Assembly (NCBI GenBank): GCA_018699155.1
Contig: JABIQA010000167.1
Location: 6,699 to 70,698, forward strand
Direction: 5' to 3'
DNA: 64,000 nt
Origin: Chromatiales bacterium
Lineage (GTDB): Bacteria; Pseudomonadota; Gammaproteobacteria; Steroidobacterales; GCA-2729495
Of this stretch, positions 49,394-58,321 are shown piece by piece. The notes beneath the pieces were generated by a model. The model was not told where the DNA came from. It worked only from the letters and a program-made list of their open reading frames with translations, and did not search any database. Made by a program: the position numbers and the translations under genes. Positions within the stretch are counted from its first letter, which is position 1; the number at the start of each line of letters is the position of its first letter.

Positions 49394-50320
49394 ATGATTA
49401 ACAACACTAAAACCCGGGACATCGTAGTAGCGGCGCTCACTCACGCGACGCCGTACATACGCATGTACAAAAATAAGGTCTTCGTTATTAAGGCCGGCGG
49501 TGAAGTGTTTGAGGACATTGAAACCACCAAGACACTGGTTGAGCAAATAGCAATACTTCACCAGATAGGCATTCGCGTGGTCATTGTTCATGGCGGCGGC
49601 CCACAGTCGACCCGATTAGCCGACACCCTAGGCATTGAAACCAACATGGTCGAGGGGCGTCGGGTAACAGATGCAAAGACGCTTAAAGTGTCGGCCATGG
49701 TTCTAAATGGTGAAATCAACACTCAGATTCTGGCGGCTTGCCGGAGCCTCAGTGTGCCTGCCGTGGGGATTAGTGGCGTTGATTGTGGGCTCATCAAGGC
49801 CAGCAAGCGCCCCCCTGTAAAAATAGACGATGAGACGGTGGACTACGGCTTCGTCGGCAATATTGATTCGGTTGATATCAGTGTGTTGCAGACGCAACTG
49901 GACAGCGGGTTGGTACCGGTCATTAGCCCGTTATCGGCAGATGACGATGGCACACTGCTGAATATCAATGCCGATACCGTTGCAGCGGAAATCGCCTCTG
50001 CATTGGGTGCGGAAAAACTCATTCTTGCAACCGGCGCACCGGGCATTCTTGAAAACGTCGATGACCCTAGTTCGATTATTTCCTATGTCGATATCGAGGG
50101 CTTACAGGTACTGCGGGACAACGGCTCGTTAAAAGCCGGTATGTTACCAAAGGCCACTGCTATCGAATCGGCGATTCACGGCGGTGTGTCGCGTGTGCAT
50201 ATGATCTCGTACAAGATCCCCAACAGCCTACTGCTTGAAATCTTCACTAATGAGGGTACGGGCACACTTATCGTTAAACACATTGAAGCACTCTCCGCGG
50301 CAGAACAGGGGCAGGACTAA
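49394..50320 (+). CDS. argB: N-acyl-glutamate kinase (kinase only, no GNAT domain)
   Basis: 308 aa with amino-acid-kinase motifs (VIKAGGE, VVIVHGGGPQ, NINADT). Confidence 0.9.
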   Translation: MINNTKTRDIVVAALTHATPYIRMYKNKVFVIKAGGEVFEDIETTKTLVEQIAILHQIGIRVVIVHGGGPQSTRLADTLGIETNMVEGRRVTDAKTLKVSAMVLNGEINTQILAACRSLSVPAVGISGVDCGLIKASKRPPVKIDDETVDYGFVGNIDSVDISVLQTQLDSGLVPVISPLSADDDGTLLNINADTVAAEIASALGAEKLILATGAPGILENVDDPSSIISYVDIEGLQVLRDNGSLKAGMLPKATAIESAIHGGVSRVHMISYKIPNSLLLEIFTNEGTGTLIVKHIEALSAAEQGQD

Positions 50321-51513
50321 TGTCATCAAACACACGCTTGTGGGATAAGGGTCAGCCATTGGATGAGCGCATCCTGCGTTACACCGCGGGCGAAGACCAC
50401 ATACTTGATGCTCGCCTGATTCAATACGATGTGCGCGCTTCTATTGCTCACGCTGGCATGCTGCATGCACAGGGGCTGATAAGCGAAGCCGATTATACCG
50501 CCATTGAAACCGGTCTGAGCACGCTAGCTGAATCTCATGCTGCAGGAGAGTGGTGCATCTCGCTAGAAGATGAGGATGTGCACACTGCGTTAGAAGGTCG
50601 GCTCACCGCCGCCATAGGTGATGCTGGAAAACGAATTCACTTAGGGCGCTCGCGAAACGATCAGGTGTTAGTTGCACTTCGTTTGTATTTGCGCGATGCC
50701 GCACATCACCTCGCCGCAGCCGCACAAACAACCGTTACCGCGTTAGAAGACCTGGCGGGCACGCAAGGGCGTATTGCCCTGCCCGGCTACACCCATATGC
50801 AGCAGGGCATGCCCAGTTCTGTGGCCCTATGGGCAGGTGCTTATATCACTGAGTTGCAGGACGATATCGCGGGCATTCAACGCACATTGCTGCGGATCAA
50901 CCTCAGCCCTTTAGGCAGTGCAGCGGGTTATGGCACACCCAATATTCCGGTAGACCGGCAGTTTACCGCCGATGCTTTAGGCTTCGACCAAGTGCACGAA
51001 CCCGTCACAGCCGTACAGCTCTCACGCGGTAAAGCGGAAGCCTCATTAGTGTTTGAACTGTCCTTACTTATGCAGGATATGGGACGCCTCGCATCCGACC
51101 TGCTGTTGTTTTATACGCAGGAGTTTGCGTTTATCAGCCTGCCCGACAACATAACAACCGGCTCATCAATTATGCCGCAGAAGCGTAACCCCGACGTACT
51201 AGAACTTGTGCGTGCGGCGACTGCAACCATGCAAGGCAGCCTAGTGGAAATAATGAGCATCACCGCTAAATTACCTTCAGGCTATCAGCGCGACCTACAA
51301 CGCATTAAATCGCCTCTGTTTAAGGCAATTGATCTGGCCGAAGATTCAGCGCTGATCATGGCAAATCTTGTCAACGGCCTGAGCTTCAATGCTGAGAACA
51401 TCACACTGGACCCATCAGTTCATGCCGCTGGAGACGCCAACAAGATGGTTGTTGAAGAAGGCATTAGCTTCCGTGATGCCTATCGCCGGGTTAGCGAGGC
51501 TTATAAAAAATGA
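50320..51513 (+). CDS. argH: Argininosuccinate lyase (short form, 397 aa)
   Basis: It has the fumarase/lyase signature GSSIMPQKRNPD and HLGRSRNDQV. It ends right after ..GISFRDAYRRVSEAYKK, so it lacks about 60 C-terminal residues found in E. coli ArgH. It overlaps argB by 1 nt (TAATG). Confidence 0.9.
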   Translation: MSSNTRLWDKGQPLDERILRYTAGEDHILDARLIQYDVRASIAHAGMLHAQGLISEADYTAIETGLSTLAESHAAGEWCISLEDEDVHTALEGRLTAAIGDAGKRIHLGRSRNDQVLVALRLYLRDAAHHLAAAAQTTVTALEDLAGTQGRIALPGYTHMQQGMPSSVALWAGAYITELQDDIAGIQRTLLRINLSPLGSAAGYGTPNIPVDRQFTADALGFDQVHEPVTAVQLSRGKAEASLVFELSLLMQDMGRLASDLLLFYTQEFAFISLPDNITTGSSIMPQKRNPDVLELVRAATATMQGSLVEIMSITAKLPSGYQRDLQRIKSPLFKAIDLAEDSALIMANLVNGLSFNAENITLDPSVHAAGDANKMVVEEGISFRDAYRRVSEAYKK

Positions 51514-51728
51514 TTGGCATACGCCCGAGAGGGTTGCTTTTAGGCATAATTTTTAGCGCTAGCCTCATGGCCTGTGGTCAGTCTGGCGCCTTGTATTTGC
51601 CTGGTTCTGAGGCAGTTAACTCGGCAAGCTCCGTGCCGAATGCAGAACCTGTTAATGACGAACAAACCGAGCTCACAGAGCTTACCGAATCAACAATACC
51701 GACTTCTAATACCGAAGTAACCGAATGA
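51510..51728 (+). CDS. lptM: Small lipoprotein LptM/YifL-like
   Basis: 72 aa. The lipobox and following motif SLMACGQSGALYLPG match the YifL CG.KGPLY.P signature. ATGA overlaps occur at both ends (with argH and polA). Confidence 0.7.
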   Translation: MIGIRPRGLLLGIIFSASLMACGQSGALYLPGSEAVNSASSVPNAEPVNDEQTELTELTESTIPTSNTEVTE

Positions 51729-54454
51729 GCAAGCAGCAATCATTGCTTTTGGTCGATGGATCCTCATACCTATATCGTGCATTTCATGCTGCGCCCCCGC
51801 TAAATACACGCAGTGGCCAACCGACCGGCGCTATTCACGTGATGCTGAATATGCTGCATAAGACTCTGCGCGAAGAGAATACCGATCTCGTCGCCATTAT
51901 CATGGATGCGCCGGGAAAAAATTTCCGTCACGATATGTACTCGGACTACAAAGCCAACCGCCCTCCGATGCCGGATGATTTGCGACTGCAGGTTGATGCA
52001 TTGAATACAGCCATCGAGTTATCGGGCCTGCCGTTTATCCGGGTACCCGGCGTGGAAGCTGATGATGTAATCGGCACGCTGGCAACTCAAGCTACTGCCG
52101 CCGGCATCAGCACCATCATCAGCACCGGTGATAAAGATATGGCGCAGCTTGTTAACAGCTCAGTTTCATTAATCGACACCATGCATAACCCGTCACGCCG
52201 GACAGATATCGAAGGTGTTAAGAAAAAATTCGACGTCACGCCCGAGCAGATTATTGACTACCTTGCACTTATCGGCGACACCTCCGATAACGTGCCCGGC
52301 ATCCCAAAATGCGGCCCTAAAACCGCTGCTAAATGGCTCAATGAGTACGGCACACTCGATAAACTGGTTGCGCACGCTGGCGACATAGGCGGCAAAATTG
52401 GTGAGAGCCTGCGTGACCATTTGGAGCAGTTAAAGCTCTCCAGACGATTGGTTACCATCGATACCGCTGTTGAATTGGCATATTCGCCAGGCTCACTCGC
52501 TGCGACAAAGCCCGATAATAAAGGGCTTCAGAAGCTGTATGAAGAACTGGAGCTCAAAGGGCTACTCAAAGCTCTGGGCAACGACTCTTCACCAGCAGTA
52601 ACTGCACCGCCTGATGCCACTCATGACATGCCGGCAATCAATAACGAGCGTAAGTACGAAACCCTACTTACCCAGGCAGATTTTGAACGCTGGATCAAGA
52701 AAATAGAGTCCGCCACGCTTACCGCGTTTGATACAGAGACAACCAGCATTAACTATATGCAGGCCGAACTAGTGGGCATATCATTTGCGGTAGAAGCAGG
52801 CGAAGCCGCATACCTGCCCGTCGGTCACAGCTACGCTGGCGTGCCGGAACAACTGGATCGTAATACCGTGCTAAAGCGGCTCAAGCCCTGGCTAGAAAGT
52901 AACGCGCATAAAAAGGTAGGGCACCATCTTAAATACGATGCGCATATTCTTGCTAACTACGATATCGACTTGAACGGTATGGCCTATGACACCATGATTG
53001 AGTCCTATGTACTGAATAGTACTGCCGGACGCCATGATCTGGATTCAGTAGCCCTGCGCAATCTCGGCATTAAAACCATTCACTATGAAGATGTGGCCGG
53101 TAAAGGGGCGAAGCAGATAGGTTTTAATGAGGTTTCTATAGAAATAGCCACACCGTATGCCAGCGAAGATGCCGATATTTGTTTGCAACTGCATCAGCAT
53201 TTGTGGGGCCTAATTGATGCCATTCCTGCGCTGCGTGATCTCTATTTGGATATCGAACAACCGCTGGTTAAAGTGCTCCAGACCATAGAAGAAACCGGCG
53301 TAAGAATTGACGATTTTCAGCTGGCCCAACAGAGCACAGAACTGGAACAGAAGCTCCAGAAAATCGAAGAAAAAGCCCATGTTGTTGCCGGTCATTCGTT
53401 TAATCTCGCCTCTCCCAAACAACTGCAAGCCATTCTATTTGAAGAACTTGAGCTCCCGGTAGTTCGCAAAACCCCTAAAGGCCAGCCATCTACAGCAGAA
53501 GATGTACTGCAAGAGCTGGCTGATGACTATGAGCTACCACGCCTGATACTGGAACACAGAGGCATGGCAAAGCTGAAGAGCACTTACACGGACAAATTGC
53601 CGGGCATGATTAGTCCACGCACGGGGCGCATTCACACCTCTTATCATCAATCGGTTGCCGCCACTGGGCGCCTCTCGTCATCGGATCCGAACCTGCAGAA
53701 TATTCCGATTCGAACAGAAGAAGGTCGGCGTATCCGTCAGGCGTTTATTCCAGAGAACGGCTATAAGCTCATTGCTGCTGACTATTCGCAAATTGAGTTA
53801 CGCATCATGGCGCACATCTCTGGAGATCCGAATCTACTGGAAGCCTTCGCCAACGATAAAGACGTGCATCAGGCCACAGCCGCAGAAGTTTTTTCGGTTG
53901 AACTTGAAGCCGTCACCACCGAGCAGCGCAGAGCAGCAAAGGCGATTAATTTCGGGCTGATGTATGGCATGTCTGCATTCGGTCTGGCCAAACAGCTTGG
54001 TGTGGGGCGTTATGAGGCACAGGATTATATCGATACCTATTTTGCCCGCTACCCCGGGGTCAGTAAATTTATGGAGCGCACTCGCGATGAAGCCAAGCAA
54101 CTGGGCTACGTCGAAACCGTATTCGGGCGCCGGCTCTACCTTCCCGAGATCAATGATCGAAACGGTCAGCGGCGGCAGTATGCTGAACGCAGCGCCATCA
54201 ATGCACCAATGCAGGGCACAGCGGCTGACATCATCAAGAAAGCCATGCTAAAGGTTCAGAACTGGCTGGACGAGGAACACGTGGATGCACGGATCATTAT
54301 GCAGGTGCACGATGAACTCGTGCTCGAGACCCGAGAAGCTTGCGTTGATAACGTCAAATCAAAGCTGGAGGAGCTGATGTCACAGGCGGCAACACTAAAA
54401 GTACCATTGCGGGTTGATGTTGGTGTCGGTGATAACTGGGATCAGGCTCACTAA
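51725..54454 (+). CDS. polA: DNA polymerase I
   Basis: 909 aa. It has the 5'-3' exonuclease domain (LLLVDGSSYLYRAFHA), the 3'-5' exonuclease domain (FDTETTS), and polymerase motifs A (LIAADYSQIELRIMAH), B (RRAAKAINFGLMYGMSAFGL) and C (QVHDELV). Confidence 0.97.
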   Translation: MSKQQSLLLVDGSSYLYRAFHAAPPLNTRSGQPTGAIHVMLNMLHKTLREENTDLVAIIMDAPGKNFRHDMYSDYKANRPPMPDDLRLQVDALNTAIELSGLPFIRVPGVEADDVIGTLATQATAAGISTIISTGDKDMAQLVNSSVSLIDTMHNPSRRTDIEGVKKKFDVTPEQIIDYLALIGDTSDNVPGIPKCGPKTAAKWLNEYGTLDKLVAHAGDIGGKIGESLRDHLEQLKLSRRLVTIDTAVELAYSPGSLAATKPDNKGLQKLYEELELKGLLKALGNDSSPAVTAPPDATHDMPAINNERKYETLLTQADFERWIKKIESATLTAFDTETTSINYMQAELVGISFAVEAGEAAYLPVGHSYAGVPEQLDRNTVLKRLKPWLESNAHKKVGHHLKYDAHILANYDIDLNGMAYDTMIESYVLNSTAGRHDLDSVALRNLGIKTIHYEDVAGKGAKQIGFNEVSIEIATPYASEDADICLQLHQHLWGLIDAIPALRDLYLDIEQPLVKVLQTIEETGVRIDDFQLAQQSTELEQKLQKIEEKAHVVAGHSFNLASPKQLQAILFEELELPVVRKTPKGQPSTAEDVLQELADDYELPRLILEHRGMAKLKSTYTDKLPGMISPRTGRIHTSYHQSVAATGRLSSSDPNLQNIPIRTEEGRRIRQAFIPENGYKLIAADYSQIELRIMAHISGDPNLLEAFANDKDVHQATAAEVFSVELEAVTTEQRRAAKAINFGLMYGMSAFGLAKQLGVGRYEAQDYIDTYFARYPGVSKFMERTRDEAKQLGYVETVFGRRLYLPEINDRNGQRRQYAERSAINAPMQGTAADIIKKAMLKVQNWLDEEHVDARIIMQVHDELVLETREACVDNVKSKLEELMSQAATLKVPLRVDVGVGDNWDQAH

Positions 54455-54511
54455 ATCAGTCTTATCACCGCGGTGCGCCTAAATTATTTCACTTTGGGGC
54501 CACTAAAACAT

Positions 54512-54538
54512 GAACTTTTGGCGCAAATTGGTATCATA
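54512..54538 (+). promoter_or_regulatory. Sigma-E/AlgU-type promoter
   Basis: GAACTT (54512-54517), a 16-nt spacer, then TCATA (54534-54538), compared with the ECF sigma-E consensus GAACTT-N16/17-TCnnA. Confidence 0.45.
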
Positions 54539-54544
54539 TCAGTT

Positions 54545-54662
54545 GGGCGCTTAGCGCCCCCCGCTTGCCTCCCTAAGCGGGGCAGTAAGGCAGGTTTCCC
54601 CAAGCCGCTTGCTGTAGCCCCGGGTGTAACCCCTGTAATTCGCACCCGGGGCACCTTTTCTT
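54545..54662 (+). ncRNA. Candidate sRNA at the polA-engB locus (positional equivalent of Spot 42 / Pseudomonas ErsA)
   Basis: There are three hairpins. The first is GGGCGC-TTA-GCGCCC (54545-54559). The second is CCCCGCTT-GCCTCCCT-AAGCGGGG (54559-54582), with a C/U-rich loop. The third is the terminator GCCCCGGGTG...CACCCGGGGC (54617-54652) followed by a T-rich tail. The 64-aa ORF over the same region has no RBS. Confidence 0.45.
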
Positions 54663-54699
54663 CCTGAAAAGATGCCTATAAACACAGCAAATAACTTAT

Positions 54700-55329
54700 T
54701 TATATGGACTTTTCGGGCTGCTTTGCCGCCATCGAGCTATCTGCCTGCGCCAGAAACTTATCCAAAACCACCCTTGCCTCCGACGTACCGTCTTTTTTCA
54801 ACGACGAAAAAAGCTGCACTGATGCAGCCCCCTCGAGCTCCTTAGTAACCTTCAGCAACGCCGCTTTTGCAGGGCCACGTTTAAGTTTGTCGGATTTGCT
54901 GAGCAGAATATGCACAGGACAACCCACCTCCTGACCCCAATTCACCATCTGCCAATCGAAATCGCCCAGCAAACGCCTGATATCAACGATCAGGAACATG
55001 CCCGCCAAAGACTGCCGCTCGTTGAAATAACTGCCCATTAGCTCTTGCCAGTGGTCTTTCATAGCCATAGTGACCTTGGCGTAGCCATAGCCCGGCAAAT
55101 CGACCAGCCTTTGTCCATCTTCGCGCAAGGTAAAGAAATTAATTAATTGGGTGCGACCAGGGCTCTTGCTGATCTTGGCAAAACCGCGCCGATTAACAAT
55201 AGTATTGATGGCACTGGACTTGCCTGCATTCGACCGTCCAGCGAAGGCGACCTCTGCTCCTGAATCAGCCACGAACTGTTTTGGCAGGTTGGCGCTCTTG
55301 ATGAAGCTGGCCGCTGGGTAATGAGACAT
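54700..55329 (-). CDS. engB: Ribosome biogenesis GTP-binding protein EngB/YihA
   Basis: 209 aa with G1 GRSNAGKSS, G3 DLPGYGYA and G4 SKSDK. It is convergent with polA, as in E. coli and Pseudomonas. Confidence 0.9.
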   Translation of the reverse strand: MSHYPAASFIKSANLPKQFVADSGAEVAFAGRSNAGKSSAINTIVNRRGFAKISKSPGRTQLINFFTLREDGQRLVDLPGYGYAKVTMAMKDHWQELMGSYFNERQSLAGMFLIVDIRRLLGDFDWQMVNWGQEVGCPVHILLSKSDKLKRGPAKAALLKVTKELEGAASVQLFSSLKKDGTSEARVVLDKFLAQADSSMAAKQPEKSI

Positions 55330-55469
55330 GAGTTTTGAGCCTGAAAAAAGCAGGATTTAGCCGATTCGGCGTCGATTTGGTGTAGAATCCGCCGCTGACC
55401 CAAGTGTAGCATGGGGTCTTATAGTTAAACTCAAACAACCCCTACTTCAGTTCAGGCAGACTTCCGAAC

Positions 55470-56132
55470 GTGATTATAAAATCAACTTATTTAAATGTAT
55501 CTCTGCGAGCTCTGCTTGCCGTCTTCTCAACCGTTGCTCTCGCGAGCGGCGCACAAGCAGCAGGCTCTATTGATGCGGGCAAAGAGAAAGCCGCAACTTG
55601 TATCGCCTGCCATGGCGTTGATGGCAATAGCGCGAACCCGCAATGGCCAAGCCTTGCAGGTCAAGGCGAGGCCTATATGATCAGCACAACGGAAGCATTT
55701 CAGATTCCACTCGGAGAAGCCGGTGAAGTCGTTGAAGGTGGTCGCTATGACCCTGTGATGACTGGGCAAGCTATCAATCTCTCTGCCGAAGACCTAGCGG
55801 ATTTAGGCGCCTATTTCAATGCTCAGCGAATGACAGGAAAAGTATCTGATCCTGCGTTAGTTGGTGAGGGCGAGGGACTCTACCGCGGCGGCAATATTGA
55901 AGCCAATGTTTCAGCCTGTATCGCATGTCACGGACCCAGTGGCCGAGGCAATGCGCCTGCCGCCTACCCATCAATTGCTGGACAGCATGCCGTATACACA
56001 ATCAAACAGCTGCAAGACTATCGCTCCGGCGCACGTAAATCGGACAAGTCAGAGGTCATGCGCAGCATTACAGAACGCATGACAGACAATGAGATAGCGG
56101 CGGTAGCTTCATACATTCAGGGTCTGCGTTAG
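55470..56132 (+). CDS. cc4: Di-haem cytochrome c4
   Basis: It has a signal peptide and two CxxCH motifs (CIACHG twice) with the matching distal Met regions. The start is a GTG. Confidence 0.85.
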   Translation: MIIKSTYLNVSLRALLAVFSTVALASGAQAAGSIDAGKEKAATCIACHGVDGNSANPQWPSLAGQGEAYMISTTEAFQIPLGEAGEVVEGGRYDPVMTGQAINLSAEDLADLGAYFNAQRMTGKVSDPALVGEGEGLYRGGNIEANVSACIACHGPSGRGNAPAAYPSIAGQHAVYTIKQLQDYRSGARKSDKSEVMRSITERMTDNEIAAVASYIQGLR

Positions 56133-56176
56133 TACAGATCGACTACTATTGATTTATTAGCAACTGGTGCGCATTC

Positions 56177-56941
56177 ATGTTTAGAAAACTGCTGGCAATT
56201 ACTGCTCTCTCTATTCTGGCTGCATGCAGCCCGGCTCCGGAAAATACACCTACTCAGGAGACTCCTGTTGCTGAAGCCGCAGCAATATCTCCGACCATCG
56301 CCGATGTTATCGTTGTCGATGATTCTGTCGATGCGCCCCCCCAAACTGCCGGCATGGCAGCTCCCGTAGAATTTAAGTATAAGCAGGGGGATCACTATGA
56401 GCGATTCACCAATGCTCAGGGAACCAGCAGCGCGCCAGATAAGATCGAAGTTGCCGAAGTATTCTGGTATGGCTGCCCACACTGCTACAGCTTTGAGCCC
56501 TACCTGAAGAACTGGAAAAAAACTCTGGGGCCTGACGTCAGCTTGGTTCAGCTGCCGGTTATGTGGAACCCTACCAATGAAATCCATGCGCGCCTGTTCT
56601 ATACCGCACAGGCACTTGGGATTCTCGAGCAGGCACACGGTGATATTTTTCAGGCTATCCATACGAAGGGTGAAATGCTGGCATCTGAATCTGCACAACG
56701 CGAGTTCATCACCAGCCGGTATGACATTAGTGAAGAAGACTTTGACAAGGCTTATCGTTCATTCTCTGTAAATAGCAAATTGCAGCAGGCAAAAAACTGG
56801 ACTCAGCGCTATCAGATTCGCTCTGTGCCCGTGCTCATCATCAACGGTAAATACGCAACGGTCGGCACCGAGCTGCGTGACTACGAACAGATTCTTGATG
56901 TTGCTGACGAACTTATTGAACGCGAACGTCAAGACCGATAA
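56177..56941 (+). CDS. dsbA: Thiol:disulfide interchange protein DsbA, predicted lipoprotein form
   Basis: The active site is FWYGCPHCY and the cis-Pro loop is RSVPVLIING. The N-terminus MFRKLLAITALSILAAC carries a lipobox (LAAC). A linker of about 45 aa rich in Pro/Ala/Thr follows. Confidence 0.85.
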   Translation: MFRKLLAITALSILAACSPAPENTPTQETPVAEAAAISPTIADVIVVDDSVDAPPQTAGMAAPVEFKYKQGDHYERFTNAQGTSSAPDKIEVAEVFWYGCPHCYSFEPYLKNWKKTLGPDVSLVQLPVMWNPTNEIHARLFYTAQALGILEQAHGDIFQAIHTKGEMLASESAQREFITSRYDISEEDFDKAYRSFSVNSKLQQAKNWTQRYQIRSVPVLIINGKYATVGTELRDYEQILDVADELIERERQDR

Positions 56942-56990
56942 CAGCACTTCGGCACTAAGTCTAATCAGGTATGGGGTTGCTCAACGCTAG

Positions 56991-57431
56991 CTAAGAGTGA
57001 TCGTGGTTGGCTGCTGCACAAGCCTCGCAGTTTACCCAACCTGAGTCGCCATCTACGTAGTGCTCTTTCTTCCAGATTGGCACGCGTAGCTTCACCTCAT
57101 CGATAACGTACCGACAAGCATCGAATGCCTCTCCACGATGAGGCGCACTGACGCCAACCCATACAGCTACGTCGCCTATTTCCAGACTGCCTGTACGGTG
57201 CACGCACACAATGCGGGCGATAGGGAACCTCTGGAGAGCTTCCGCAAGGATCTTGTCGCCTTCTTTAACCGCCAATGCTTGATAAGATTCATACTCCAGA
57301 CGCAGCACCTGCTGCCCCTCGTTATGATTACGCACCCAACCATCAAAGCTCACGAATGCGCCACAGGTTTCATCGCGTAACTGCTCAGTAAGTGTGGCGA
57401 TAGAGATTGGATCTTTGGTCAAATCAAACAC
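56991..57431 (-). CDS. moaE: Molybdopterin synthase catalytic subunit
   Basis: 146 aa. GAFVSFDGWVRNHNEG and PIWKKE are MoaE hallmarks. Confidence 0.9.
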   Translation of the reverse strand: MFDLTKDPISIATLTEQLRDETCGAFVSFDGWVRNHNEGQQVLRLEYESYQALAVKEGDKILAEALQRFPIARIVCVHRTGSLEIGDVAVWVGVSAPHRGEAFDACRYVIDEVKLRVPIWKKEHYVDGDSGWVNCEACAAANHDHS

Positions 57432-57432
57432 G

Positions 57433-57684
57433 TCAACCTCCCGCTACTGGGGGAATAAATACAACACGGTCGCCATCATGCAATTCCGCAGCCCAAACGC
57501 TGAACTCATCGTTTATGGCAACCTTAAAGTTGCGGGGTGCGGCAAAACCATATGCCGACTGCAATTCCTGAAATAATGCCTCAGCGGTTGCCGCATCGGT
57601 GACCAGCGACTCCGAAGCCCGGTCTGCCTGCTCTCGCAGTATCGCAAAGTATTCTATGTGTATGGTTTTCATTCTGCCTTCCAT
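57433..57684 (-). CDS. moaD: Molybdopterin synthase sulfur carrier subunit
   Basis: 83 aa. It is ubiquitin-like and ends in the obligatory C-terminal Gly-Gly (..IPPVAGG). It ends 1 nt before moaE. Confidence 0.85.
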   Translation of the reverse strand: MEGRMKTIHIEYFAILREQADRASESLVTDAATAEALFQELQSAYGFAAPRNFKVAINDEFSVWAAELHDGDRVVFIPPVAGG

Positions 57685-57898
57685 CTTTTAGCGTTCAACA
57701 CGACAACTGCGCATAACGTTTTATTATAAGCCTGCTCTAGCGGTTGTAGCCTACATTCGGCAGGACTTCCTGCCAATGACATATAGCACCCGTATGCTTG
57801 GTAACCGCCAAAGTACTAAACTTTTTTATGGCGCGGTCAGCATTTACACGCTTGCTAGCTTCGCTGGGGAGGCGATACCCGGGATAGCGCGAACCGGC

Positions 57899-58321
57899 TT
57901 ACCCGGCAAACAAACTTTCCGGATCGGCGAAGCCTTTAAACTCGAGCGCATTACCAAAGGGATCGTAGAGGAAGAATGTTCCCTGCTCGCCAGGCTGTCC
58001 CGCAAATCGGATTTTCGGCTCAAGCATAAAAACCTGACTGAATGAGCGCAAACGTTCAGCTAATTCCTGCCAGTCACTCATGCTAAGCACTACACCAAAG
58101 TGCGGCACCGGCACACTGTCACCATCAACTGGATTATGCGCTGTGCCCGCCGCTGCGGCCCCACAATGACAAACCAACTGATGTCCAAAGAAATCGAAAT
58201 CTACCCAGCGCTCTGCGCTTCGCCCTTCACGGCATCCCAACACCTCGCCATAAAACTCACGAGCTTGCGCAAGCTCATGAACAACAATTGCAAGATGAAA
58301 TGGCGGCAGCTTAGAGCTCAT
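57899..58321 (-). CDS. VOC (glyoxalase/bleomycin-resistance/dioxygenase) family protein
   Basis: 140 aa. It has FHLAIVVHELAQAREFYGEVLG, FFGHQLVCH and DPFGNALEFK. Its start overlaps the upstream stop (ATGA). Confidence 0.7.
   Translation of the reverse strand: MSSKLPPFHLAIVVHELAQAREFYGEVLGCREGRSAERWVDFDFFGHQLVCHCGAAAAGTAHNPVDGDSVPVPHFGVVLSMSDWQELAERLRSFSQVFMLEPKIRFAGQPGEQGTFFLYDPFGNALEFKGFADPESLFAG

Noticed and set aside
54473-54667. A 64-aa ORF lies immediately downstream of polA.
   Set aside because: It has a GTG start and no RBS. It spans three strong hairpins and a terminator, so the region is better explained as a structured sRNA.
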